Source: Podarcis filfolensis (lineage: Eukaryota). From it: a DNA stretch of 64,000 nt. The notes below the pieces were generated by a model that worked only from the letters and a program-made list of their open reading frames with translations, was not told the DNA's origin and ran no database searches. The position numbers and the translations under genes were made by a program. Within the stretch, counting starts at the first letter, position 1; every line of letters begins with the position of its first letter. The stretch is from assembly GCA_964270895.1 (NCBI GenBank), contig OZ185435.1. One strand, given 5' to 3'. This document shows, piece by piece, positions 52,420 through 64,000 of this stretch.

Positions 52420-55400
52420 ATTCCGTGAATTTGTCTAATCTCCATTTAAAGCTAAATTGGTAGCCATTCTCACATTTTCTGATAACAGATTCCGTTGCTT
52501 AACTATGCACTACATTGCCTTTTGATTTTAAGTGTGCAATGACCAGCACTCTTGGAAGAAACTATTGCCCAATGCCTAACAATATTTCCTCCAGGAATCA
52601 TCATCTCAGCTGCACACCGAGATTCTAAAAGCTCTGACTGGGTAGCCTGTGCATAGAATAAGGAGCATCTCAAAAAATAAAAGAAAAATGCTGCTTTGAA
52701 AGCTCTCTCAGTATGCCCTTGTTGCATGGCATACTCATCTGCTTCTAAATAGATAACAATACTTTGCATTTATATAACATATTTAAAGAGTTCAAAGCAC
52801 GTCACGTACATCAGTAACCCTTGCAACAGCTCTGTAAGGCAGGCCTCAAAGAATAAGTTCTATCGTACCAAGGGAAGGCCATGTCTCTAGTTACCACTTA
52901 TCTGGGGTGGGAGGATAGTCAGGAAATATCTTCAGTTCCAATATGACTTCCTGAGATACTGTATTTCCTCTCAGCTGATAGCCTTGGGCCTGTGATTTGT
53001 TCCATTTAATAGGCAGGCTGAGTTTCATTGTAGTCTGTCTCCTTTAAAAAGTGCTTATAATAAATGCCAAGAGGTTCATTTTTTATATATCAATTACCTT
53101 TCCCATGGGGTTTGTGGATGGCTTCCATGAAGGATTTGTAGAATAATGTAGCCAAGATAGTACTACCAAGAGAGAGAGAAAGAAAGATGTGTAGACATAT
53201 GTATGCTAGTGAGCATATAGTGATATATTTCTGACCATGTAGATCTTGGTTGAAATCCACTTTCGGCTATAGAGACCTTGGGCAAGCCACTGTCTCTCTG
53301 TTTAAATCAGCCCAATTCTCACCACATAAAGCTATTGTCTGAGGATACCAGTAACCCCATCTATGCCAACCTTAGTGCCTTTAGGGAAAGGCAGGATGAA
53401 ATATTGAAAGATGCTGGTTGATATGTAGTATCCAGCTGTCTTCTAAGAAGTCACAGGATGGGATCGCGAGGGCAGCTTCAAAGAACCTTCAGATACGGAG
53501 AGGTAAGCAATACAGAACAGCAGCAATCCATCTCTCCTTTCTGCCACCTCCTCAAAATGCTGTACTGTGCATCAGTAGGTGGGTATGCTTGTGCCTGCTG
53601 CCTCCATGAAGTATCTCTGTGTTGCCCCACCCCTCCTCTCTAGATAGAGGCTTTTAAACTACACTTCATTTTTATTTCCCATCCCAAAGGAAACTGATAA
53701 TAAATAAACCAAAGGAGTAGAAGAAACGGAAAGCACTTATGGAAGTTTTGCAAGTAAAAATAGTTTCCCAAACAATAAAATGTCTTTACTAGGTGGTGAA
53801 ACATTCAGTTTGAGGCTGTTGCCATTGCTTTTATCAGAGGTGGGGGAACTGGAGTTCCTCTTGCTTAGCAAGGATAGTGAACTTCAGGCTTGGAGGCCAA
53901 ATGAGGTCCTCATTCTTGGATCCTCAGGACTCTCCCAAGCCATACCCACTCTCGCTAGGTCACAACCCTCACCAGCAGCCCTGTTTTGTACCCTCATGTG
54001 TTTTTTTGCCTCTCCTTGCCTGGGAGAGGGATGTCCGACTGTGTGTAGAAAGAGGTTTTTGTACAAAAGGTAAAATTAACTCGCTGCTACACCCACGTTT
54101 GCTTCTGGCCCTGTTCACCACTGGCATGATGTGTCCTCTAGAAGGCTGAAAAAGTTCCTTGCCCCTGCTCTAGACGGTGCTAAAATACAGCTCCCATCAG
54201 CCTCGGCAATGAACAAGGATTGACATTTTAGTCCAACATTATCTGGAGTTCCACATGATACCCATCCTTGTCTTATGTAGAGCAAATCAATAACTTCAGG
54301 TTACTCCACTTCTCACCAAGTTCACCTATTTACTTTTAAGTTCATCATATGGCAAGTAGTAGACCTTTAAGCAACGACAGCATAACTATTCTCTACAGCA
54401 ATTAAATGCATAGGGTCTGCTCTCTTCTGTATTTTGCAACGCTCCTTGGAATTGCTCTTTCCATACTGAGAATTGCTTGCCTACTTTCTTTTGTGTGCCT
54501 ATCACATATGCTAATGTTCAGCATATTTGTCAACAAGGTATTCAAAGTAAGAAAGAAAATAATAATAGAATCCATTTCACTGCACTGATTTGATATAGCA
54601 TATATGGCAGCAAACAGTACTCCTGCTGAGGCTGTCAAATGTTTATTTATTTCAGACAGGCACACAAAACCATGCATGGCTCAGAAGAAATAGGTCATGT
54701 GACTGCATTATGGTAGGGAGACCTGTGTTTTTTAAAGACAAGCATAGCCTCTGTGTAACAACTAAACATTTGTATCTTGCATATATTTAGCAAATGACCG
54801 GGTTGTATTCAATTACGTCAGGGTAGACCCACTGAAATCAATGAACTTGAAAGTTTGTCTAGTTCACAGATCTGACTTAAGTCAGATATAGCCTATCATT
54901 AGCAAAACTTTGAAGTTGCTTCTGTAGTACAGGCATAAGCAACAATTCTGTTTGGGGCCTGTGGTGGCGCTATATGTGTGTGGCTTAATGAAATTTAGAT
55001 TAAGAACCAAGAGTGTATTTGGAAAGGCAATTGATTTGCTTGCTCCATATGGGAATTAGGCATCGTAAATCAAATTACTCAGAGCAGAAAGCACCTCTGC
55101 CAACTCCCCTCCCTCAGTCTTCTCCAATCAGTGTCTTTTGCTGCTAGCTCTCCCCATCTTAAGAAGCAACTAGGAACATTTTGCAGACCCTAGGCACAGC
55201 AGCAGCAACCTCAGCTTTCAAGAAGCAATGCACTTCTCAAGGAAGGTGTAGTTTCAATAAACAAAATGTAAAACCAACTGCGATGTCAATCGTGTTCTTT
55301 TAAAAGGATATACCAATTCCTAGCAGATGGGCTATGTGGGATGTACAGCCATTGCATAGTGTGTTGCCAGCAGTAGCACTGAGGGCCTGGAAAAGATTAG

Positions 55401-57799
55401 TTTGTTGCCTAAATAGAATAGAATTCATGAACCCCAACAATTCTATTGAGAAACCTATTGGTAGAGCAGCTCTGGAAACTACAGGGACATTCCATTAAGA
55501 GGGGGATGGGGATGCAATCACCCTTGAACTTTTTTCAAAGTAAAGATGCATAGGATCGTGCTGTAAACATAATGATCTGTGCCTTCTTTTCCATTCTGGA
55601 TTAGCCTTGGTTTCTCAGCCAGTTTGGACATTGCTTGTACTGAATGGATCATCTGGTTCCTTGGAAAATACCTCCCAAACCACTCAAATGATGACGCAAG
55701 ATGGAATGTAGAGGAGACAAAATTGTTTATTTTTTCATTACAATTTTTCTATGACAAATTGAGTGGAGAGATCAGCTACAACTTGCATCTGCCCAACAGG
55801 AGAGCCACAAGAGCATCTTACACATTTAGAAAAAGCAAGCAAAAAACAAGGGGGGAGTGGCAAGCAGCTCTAAATGTATTCCAAACAAGCGGATTCCTCT
55901 ACTGAACCTTCCAAAGGTCTGCAGAGAACGCTCTCCTCCTTTATAGACTATGCCACATGCCTTTTAAAGGGGTGGTGGTGGGGCTGCTGTTAGCAGTTGC
56001 CTCCAAGAGACTGAAACATATACCATTACCGGCCAATCAGCCCACTCAGTGCTAATGAGCGAGAGATACTTTTTTATATATAATATACGGCATTCATGAT
56101 AAAATCTCTTCAAGACAAAAGACTTGTGTTCAATCTTATCCTGATATGAATGACCACCTAAAGAAAACTTAAGACACTTTCTATACAGCTTCTCTTAAGA
56201 ACAGCTTTGGGCACTTAAGTTTGAATTGAAAGTTCCTAGAGTATTTGTACTTGATATTACTCAGTGAGAAGCTATTCAGTGACCTTGAATTACTAGTTCA
56301 GGGTTGAAGACTGTTAGGAGGAGCTAAGCAGGGATTTTAAAGAAAAGTATTCAACCCAACCGGGAGGGTGGGGGTGGGGGTGGGGTCATAGTCTACGACA
56401 TGCAGCATATTCACAAATGTATGTTCAAATTCCTGATGCCTTTTACTCCCCCGTGTTCACCAGCTTTTCTATTGTGTTGCTCTTCATGAACCAGATTTCA
56501 TCTAGTTTAAAATAAAGCATCTTCAGCGAAGTGTGCTTGGCTCTGCATCAGAACAGCTCTTTGTTTAAATCTAAAAGTTGTGTTCTGTGTTATCCGTGCT
56601 GTCTCGCAACCTTAGGGCTGGGCTCCAAAATATCAATGGAACATTTCAGATTTATCTAAAAAGATGCTGGAAGACTTCATTTACCAACTAAATGATGACG
56701 TTCCAGTTTGTTCAACTAACATCTACCTAGCTTACCTCCACCTTCCTGTCCTGAGGGGCTGCTCCATGCCTTCTGCTTGCCAGGCCAAAATCAGACGCCA
56801 ATGCAGAGTCAGCTCTTTTTATAAAACACTTTCCATAAAAGTCTAGGTAACCAGAATCAATCTGTGCAGAGACCAAGCTTCTCATAGCAGAGTAAGTTTC
56901 GTAACAATGGTGGGGAACCTTTTTGGCCCAGCGTGCCAGATCTTCATCTCCCCACAACCCACAGGTCAACTCTTGACAGGTGGATGATCCTGGCTACCTG
57001 CCAAAGTTGGCCCATGGGGTTGGAGGGAGAGAGTGACCAAGCAGGATTCAAACCCCTGCCTGTCAGCTGTTGAGCAGGAAGATCAGTCGTGCTTTCTGCA
57101 AGGGCAGGTTGAACTTGCCCCACAACCAAGGTTTTATCAAGAGATCTACAGGATTTTTCTGTACTGAGAAACGAGTGTCAGAGTAGCTGTGACTTGATTT
57201 AATAGTGGGGTGTGGGGAGAGGCCAAATTTGACAAAGCAACCTTGAGCAGGAAAGATCTCACAAAAATCATGGTCACTTTCCTTACACCCGCAAAAGAAG
57301 CTGGGAATTATGTAATGTGTGGGAAACCAAGAGAAAGAACTTGTAACAATGTATCGTGAAACTACAGTACCTGAATGGGGTTGCTCAGACCAAAATCAAA
57401 ACTGTGGCCGTTTATAAAATATGAGATGGAGAACCCAATCATACCTTATAGAAATACCCATTTCCACAGTTATAACTTCCCAAGGACTCTCTACTCATTG
57501 GAGCCCATCTAACCCAAAGTGATGTGGACCTGCTACGTTTCTTTTAAAAATGCAAATCAGGACAATTTTGCTATATTCCCACATCCCCACAATGCAAGAA
57601 ATACTACGGGGATCATTAGCCCAATGCAAATTCCGTGGTAACTTCCCAGCTACCTAGCACTTCCCCCATAAACAACTGTGAAAGATTCTGTTCTCTATGT
57701 TGCCTTTATATATATATCAATAAATTAAAAATGGGGAACAGCTAGGCAAGTGAATCTAAAAGCATGTATAAAGGGTTCTTTTTTGGAGCGGATAAATAA

Positions 57800-57860
57800 T
57801 AGAATTGTAGGATTGGAAGGAACACCAAAGGGTTCATCTAGTCCAATCCCCTGCAACTGT
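57800..57860 (-). mobile_element. CR1 3'-tail fragment (antisense)
   Basis: atagaattgtaggattggaaggaac...ggttcatctagtccaatcccctgca. Confidence 0.65.
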
Positions 57861-57968
57861 GTTAATTTAAATATGGCATTTATAGTTCTTATGCTTAAAA
57901 AGGAATAGCATGTCAAGTAACCAGATGTTTGAAGAGCTCATACAATGCTGGGGCTCCTTAGGTATGTT

Positions 57969-57974
57969 TTTATT
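57969..57974 (-). terminator. Possible proximal poly(A) signal (AATAAA) for CTSD
   Basis: First minus-strand AATAAA I found downstream of the stop, ~250 nt after it. Real usage is unknown; more distal sites may dominate. Confidence 0.3.
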
Positions 57975-58221
57975 ATAACTTTTCTATGGCCTGTATTATT
58001 CAAGGAAGGACAAGTGTTTGTTCAATGGTCACTAGTAACTTTTCAGATTATTATTATTTTTTAAAGATCTCTGCTCCTTCTTATTTAAATTTTAAAGTAT
58101 CATTTTTTCCCCCTTTTAACTTTCCTGATTTTGTTCCTAATGCCTACAAGACACAGTAGAAAACTCCAGTGTGTTTGTGGGTGAATTTGGAGAGAGAGTG
58201 GGAGGTGGTTGTCAGTTGCAT

Positions 58222-58392
58222 TTACGCACTGCCAGTGCTTCTTGCAAAACCAACGGCATCATTATCTCGATCAAACACGGTGTAATAACGGCCGATGAAG
58301 ACATCACCCAGGATCCAAAGAGGTCCACCAGGTGGTGGGACATCCAAGCCTGAAAATCCACTCAAGCAAAGAGTTTCTCCTTGAACAGTAAC
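58222..58392 (-). CDS. CTSD: Cathepsin D exon 9, last coding exon ([56 protein letters not shown])
   Basis: [24 protein letters not shown] motif. Acceptor ctccctgtAG, stop TAA at 58224-58222; 171 nt = 56 aa plus stop. Confidence 0.96.
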   Translation of the reverse strand, partial: VTVQGETLCLSGFSGLDVPPPGGPLWILGDVFIGRYYTVFDRDNDAVGFARSTGSA

Positions 58393-58996
58393 CTACAGGG
58401 AGAGAAAAGAAGGTGTGGGTTTTTTAAAAACAAGAGAGTGAACGAGCGAGAGCATATTAGTCTTCTCTATAGTTGCACCTTGTTTGCTTCCTTTTGCAGT
58501 TTAGTGTTCAGGAGCACCTAAAGAGCCACCAGTTGTTGAAGAAGATCATGCATACAATCCCTCTTCAATATATATATATAAAAGCCCAAACATATCCTTG
58601 TAGAAAAGCCGTGATCAAACAATGTTTTATAGATGTGCATTGACCACTTAAGCAGCATTTATTGTCCCCTACAATATTTATTAGTTTTCAGTCCTCTTCC
58701 TGCTCCTCCCCAAAAAGAATTTGCTCACTAATCCTTCACTTAAGTAATTGGTATGCAATGAGAGAACTCAGTCTTAAGGTTTAACTAACTACCATGTAAA
58801 AAGACACAAAGGCAGAGTCCATTGTGCTTTTAAGAGTCCTAGCTATTTCCCCGAAGTGCACAGGATCCAGTGCAGATATAACAAATCTCTTACTAGATGC
58901 TGGATGAACATCAATAAAAGCATCTGGGGGACCCAAAACTGCTGCGTCTAGGATAGGTTGTTCTTAGGATGATCTCATAAATAGTTTTGAACTTAC

Positions 58997-59095
58997 CTTC
59001 AAGGCATATTCATCTGGAGTGAGGGCATAGGATTTCCCTCCCAGGACCAAGTTCACAGTGGGAAGGGAAGACAGCTTATCACACGGAAGCATGTA
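58997..59095 (-). CDS. CTSD: Cathepsin D exon 8 (99 nt; YMLPCDKLSSLPTVNLVLGGKSYALTPDEYALK)
   Basis: Manually translated; too short for the ORF track. Acceptor ttttttcAG, donor AAG|GTAAGT, phase 0 to 0. Confidence 0.95.
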
Positions 59096-60149
59096 CTGAA
59101 AAATAAAAATAAATTGGAAGTATAAGAACCTTGTTGTAGAGCTATGAATTTTGACTCCTGAAGGTGTGTAGACAAGAACTAGCTAGTGACTCCTACACTC
59201 CACACTTCTCCCTAAAAGGGACTTGTTTAGGCTATATAAAAATTATGGAACAGGGGCACCTGGAACAGGGGCACCCCTTGGATTTTTCCTGCTGGCAACA
59301 AACATCTTGTCCTCAGCTGCAGTACAGGGGCAGCACTGAGCCACTGCTCATTGCTAGGATTACAGTGAACATTAAGTTCTCTATAAAAATCCCAAACATT
59401 ACTACTACTACTACCTCTTACACTTCATTAGTGCCACATTCTGATGCCTTTCCCACAAAAAAGCCATATATCTTGGCAGTTAAAGAGATGGAAGATCCAT
59501 ATCTTGAGTGGACCTCCCTTCCTATACCTTTTAAGAACTACACAGACAGGAAATTTATCATTATACAGCAATTCTCAAAGTGCTGAAGCGGCAGCTGAAG
59601 CTGAACGTAGCAGAATTTCTCCTCCTATGCTATTGGCTGAGGGAGTTCTCTTAGACCCAGCTTACACAGCATGCAGGCTACAAATAAGCCCTTTGAGTGT
59701 AAGGGGTTCAGCCCTCACTTGAGCCACATTTTAAGCATTCTTCCCTCAGCCACTGGTCTGTTTGCATGTAATGACAGGATGTCGATGGCGCACCTGCAGA
59801 GGCTGCTGATCACAGGCATGCTAACATTACACACAAGCGCCAATGCGAAGCACAACATGTGGGATGTTGACACTGTAAGAAGTCTTGCATGCTGTATAAG
59901 CCAGACTGGAGTATGGACCTGAAAATCCTCTGAGGTGGAAGGGAGGGTATATAGAACTTATTATGGCCAATTCTTCCTAAGCAGGTTTGGTTGTGGGGGG
60001 AAAGCTGCAGTAACATAAAGGTCACCCAACATATGAACCGCTTTGAACTAGTAACCAAGCTGCTTTTGAGGTAGCAATCCAAGCTATTGGCTGCATCTGA
60101 ACCCAATTGAGACCAAATCCAATATATAAAAAGCAGTGCTAGAGAATCT

Positions 60150-60260
60150 GTGACCCTTCAGATGCTGGACTCCCAAATCTCATCAGCCTCAGCCAGTGGA
60201 GTTGAGTAGAGCCGGAGCCTACCAACATCTGCAGGGTCCCAGGCTAGCCAGCCCTGATAG
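60150..60260. mobile_element. Short hairpin-type MITE in CTSD intron 7
   Basis: gacccttcagatgctgg ... ccaacatctgcagggtc inverted arms. Similar copies at ~27225-27330 and ~28935-29000. Confidence 0.5.
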
Positions 60261-60331
60261 AAGCAGTAGTCAGGCTGCACATATGGATGTCCCAACATTA
60301 GACCCACCACCTCACCCCATTCCCACATTAC

Positions 60332-60476
60332 CTGTCCTTTAATGATTGGCTTAGCTCCAATGGCTTTCTGCAGTTGCTTAATTTCATCTGTTGGGCCTGT
60401 GATGAGGGAGGTCCCTGTGTCTACAATAGCTTCACAGCCATCTTTGCACACAGTCAGGCCATTGCCAACATCAACC
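60332..60476 (-). CDS. CTSD: Cathepsin D exon 7 (145 nt; [48 protein letters not shown])
   Basis: Second catalytic DTG motif (IVDTGTS). Acceptor tcttcttccAG, donor GTAATG, phase 2 to 0. Confidence 0.97.
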
Positions 60477-60797
60477 CTGGAAGAAGACAACAATTCCCAG
60501 ATGTTATTTTGTTTTGTTTTTTTAAAGAATTCAATTCTACCCACCTTTGTGCAGTTGGGTGTAGCAATATCCTCAGCATTGGGGACTGAACTCCTTGTGT
60601 GCTACATGGCACAGCATGGAAGATTTTAGGAGAGTGGGGTTCCCCCCCACTGGAGTCTTCCCTTACTGCAAGCCCTACATGGTGTTACACAGCTCCCATT
60701 GGGGATATAGAACAATGCTTTATTGCAGGCAATCTATATGCTAATAAACTATGGACCCCCTTGTGCACCTGTGAAACAAACGAGAGAAGCAACTCAC

Positions 60798-60920
60798 TTG
60801 TCCATGTGGACCTGCCAGTAAGCTTTGCGAGTGACGTTCACCCAGTTGAAGTCCCCAGTATAATGTTGTGGGTCCACCCCACCGAAAAGCAATTCACCTC
60901 CAGTGGCTGCTTTCGGATCC
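60798..60920 (-). CDS. CTSD: Cathepsin D exon 6 (123 nt; [41 protein letters not shown])
   Basis: GGELLxGGxD and NVTRKAYWQ motifs. Acceptor cctcttctAG, donor GTGAGT, phase 2 to 2. Confidence 0.96.
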
Positions 60921-61817
60921 CTAGAAGAGGCAGCACACAAGTGGAGAAGGAAAATGTTAGTACAAAAACGGAGGGAGATCCATAGCTTCAGAGCAATACA
61001 CTCAATGAACTGTGGAAATGTAAAGTGGAAAAAACATGGAAGGACAAGGATACAGAAGTGATGCAGGGCAGGAAAAAGGCCCCCAGAATCCAAGGGAAGC
61101 AATCCCATCCTTTGTGTACTTGGCACATTTCTTTTAGTCTGGCTATCCTAAGCAGAAAGTCCAAACTGAACTCAAGAGATATCTCCCCAAGTAGCACGTG
61201 CACCAGATTGGGTGGCAATCCTTTATCATGCACACCATGGTGGTCTATCTAAAGAGCTCAAGACTGCCCTGTGTATAGTTTCCCACAGGGCTGCACTGCA
61301 AGCCTTGTGTCGTGCTCATTTGCTGGTTCCCTGAGCCCTTTCACAGTTGTGGGCAGACTCTGCTGGGGAAACCCTTGGCCCAAACGCAGTAACAATGGGG
61401 CATTTCTTATATGACGCTGCAGGACTCTTTATTCATGATCAGGTGATTTGCACCATATAGTAATCAATGTTATGCACTGATTTTTTTGTGCATATATTGT
61501 ATTGTGTTGTGGTTTTTTTAAAAAAGAATAAAGAATTGGGTGTGAGTCACAAGACAGAAATGAGTCAAAGGATATCAAGACATTTCTAAATGACAAACAG
61601 GAACTTCTTCCCCTGTCCATCACACCCTGATATTTCCTCTTCTCCTAATGGATGCCACACATAATCTTTCCATCTTCTTAAAAGGGCTTTATCTTTACGC
61701 AGCAAATGTAGGAACCACCACCACACATATGAAATAATTAAGACGTTTCTTTTGGGGATGGTTAGGCCTTTCCCTTTGGTCCTTGGCACACAAGTTAAAG
61801 CAAGGTTACATTCTCAC

Positions 61818-62017
61818 CTGTTTAGATAAAAGGAAAACAGGTTCTTCTCCATTAGCGCCTGTTGCATTGCATTGTCAAAGAAAGGCAACACTTTATCCAC
61901 AGAGATCTTAGGGTATGCCAGGCCAAGGATGCCATCAAACTTTGCAGCAATGAAAGTGATACCAGGCTGCTTGACAGCTTCACCAAACAACTGATTCTGG
62001 ACAATCAGGTCACCAAT
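61818..62017 (-). CDS. CTSD: Cathepsin D exon 5 (200 nt; [35 protein letters not shown]...SFYLNR)
   Basis: [22 protein letters not shown] motif of cathepsin D. Acceptor ttctcccAG, donor GTGAGA, phase 0 to 2. Confidence 0.96.
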
Positions 62018-62819
62018 CTGGGAGAAAGAGAAAGGAAGGTTGGGAGAACCCAAAACATACACATTTACACCATTATTGGAACAAATATGGTATCATTTTT
62101 CTGGTATTCTTTCATTGTCCTGCATGGGACAATGACAATAAAGATATCGTATATATCGTATATAGTAAGATAAAAACATGCTCAAGTGGTGCCAGGATCT
62201 CTCCCTTCTCAATACATGCCATATAAAGGCACATGGAACAGAGCAATCTTGAAAAACATAAAAGCTGATAAGGAGCATGCAGTTGCCTTCTTAGAAGCCA
62301 TGCAACTTCCATTATCATCACGCTATTGTATTCATTCTGTAATTTTTAAGCGACTAAACTGCTTTTCTAAAGCTCAAGGCTGTGAGCAACAACAAACGCG
62401 AGTGTAACAAAAACCCACAAACACAGAATACAGGAACTAGACACAGAACCAAATGCTTGCTGAAAAGAGGAAGTTTTATCACCTCTCTGAAATCGCAGAG
62501 ATGTTAAACTCTGAACTTCCCCCAGGCAGCAATTTTCAAACCTTGGGAGTCACTGTGGCAACAGCTCTGCTTTTTTCTGCTCCTGCCCTTCCTTGCTGCA
62601 GAGCCACAAAAGTGAGCAATGCCAGGTGAATCTGACCAAAGGCGGCACAGGGTGTGGGAAGGAGAAAGAAATACCATCCAGGGCTTCACATGAATTCATC
62701 TAGACTGTTTCTTTGCCACTCAATTTATGACCAGATATGATGAAATTGTGAGACTTGGCAAAGATTTTGTTTGGTATGTCAGAATTGTTCTTTCTAATCT
62801 CTTGCTTGTCTTCCTCACT

Positions 62820-63060
62820 ATTAACATTCAGGAGGAATTTTAAAAACATCCCTGCTCACCCAGGCATTTGATGGTTGAAAGATACTGTTCCTAGCAACCC
62901 TGAAATTATTAGATGTGAGAACATGTGACTATTTTAATATGGTTTTAGATGCTCTCAAAGTTTTTCCTTGCTTTATTTTTTAATTGTGCTGTTATATTGC
63001 TTTATGGTTTGCCACCCTAGTTGTCTTTGGGGGGAAGGGCAGGACAAAAACTTAGTATAT
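62820..63060 (+). mobile_element. Degenerate L2-type 3' fragment in CTSD intron 4
   Basis: tttaaaaacatccctgctcacccaggcatttga and gccaccctag...agggcagga motifs. Confidence 0.5.
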
Positions 63061-63807
63061 GATTATTCTGAATTTTTCTGCTCTGTTAGCAAACACTCCT
63101 AAGAATAAGAAGGGACAAGGCAACTTTGCCCTGTAATGTTGTTTCATCAGCCAGTGATTACATATCATAGTTAAGTCTCCCTTGCTCCCCTTTACTTGTA
63201 ACGAGACACAATGGCTGAAGTTTTTTCAGAAACTAAGTTTCAGTGCTTGGTGCTAAATGCTGCTTAAAATAATTGTATCACCCTAGTCTAGCAACTTCCA
63301 TCAACTTAACCTGGACAAGTACAGGCTCCCTTAAGGCCACAGCAGCTGTAGTTTACTTGAGGAGGATTACGAACAAACCAAGGCAATTCTTTCCAGACAC
63401 ATGTGGCTTTAAAACTGGCCACTAAAGATGGCAGGCTCATAGAATGGCCTGGCAAAGAGAGCTTCTGGGGCCTTTCACGGCACACCACGAGAAAAGCTGT
63501 TTTAATGTGCAGCGACAGGACAATAAATTTGAAACTAAGTTCTCCTACCTTGTCTTTTTTAAAAAAACAATAATAATAATAAATTACCACAATGCTGTCA
63601 TTTACTTTCTAAGCAGCAAAACAAACCCACAGTGCTCTTAAACAAAGCTGATCACTGGCTAGGCAATCTATGTTTTGCGAAAAGCACATCCCATATGCCT
63701 CACAAACTTTTGGTACTATCCCCAGGAGTTCCTATCACACTACGATATTTTAGTACTCTCATATGGTGGTAGAGGTGGTAGGCTGTTGTTGTTTTGCTAA
63801 AGACTCA

Positions 63808-63999
<192 letters not shown>

Positions 64000-64000
64000 C

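Larger units (their letters stand above)
51930..52510. mobile_element. Two old CR1-group 3' fragments in opposite orientation; the second hosts both BovB tails
   Basis: ctagatggacctttggcctgatccagcagggcttcttatgtccttatg (+, ~51930-52035), then an antisense fragment resembling 34190-34440. Confidence 0.55.

Overview
Vertebrate (squamate, most likely lacertid lizard, judged from Sauria SINE, BovB, CR1/L2 and MITE families) genomic DNA. It matches the amniote DUSP8-IFITM10-CTSD synteny block, with all genes on the minus strand. From right to left: six 3' coding exons of cathepsin D (CTSD exons 4-9, 58222-63971, all splice phases and lengths consistent); the CpG-island promoter region and two coding exons of IFITM10 (48486-48918 and 24764-24913, 23.6 kb intron); a ~19 kb TE-rich interval with no coding gene; and a CRE-CCAAT-CRE promoter with a strong minus-strand donor (~5.0-5.5 kb), probably the non-coding 5' end of DUSP8 (synteny inference only). 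Repeats: a young 5'-truncated CR1, an RTE fragment, a Sauria SINE with TSD, two adjacent BovB tails, a tRNA-Lys/CR1-tail SINE, L2 fragments, Tc1/mariner and hAT MITEs, microsatellites and a 159-N gap. No CRISPR, rRNA or intact tRNA. The best lead is in IFITM10. A segment resembling the mammalian N-terminal extension (PFDGAFW...GCFAC) lies upstream of the first in-frame ATG and downstream of an in-frame TAG, and begins at an ACG in a perfect Kozak context (GCCACC-ACG-G, 48869). This suggests a non-AUG-initiated long isoform. All homology calls are from recognition, not from database searches.
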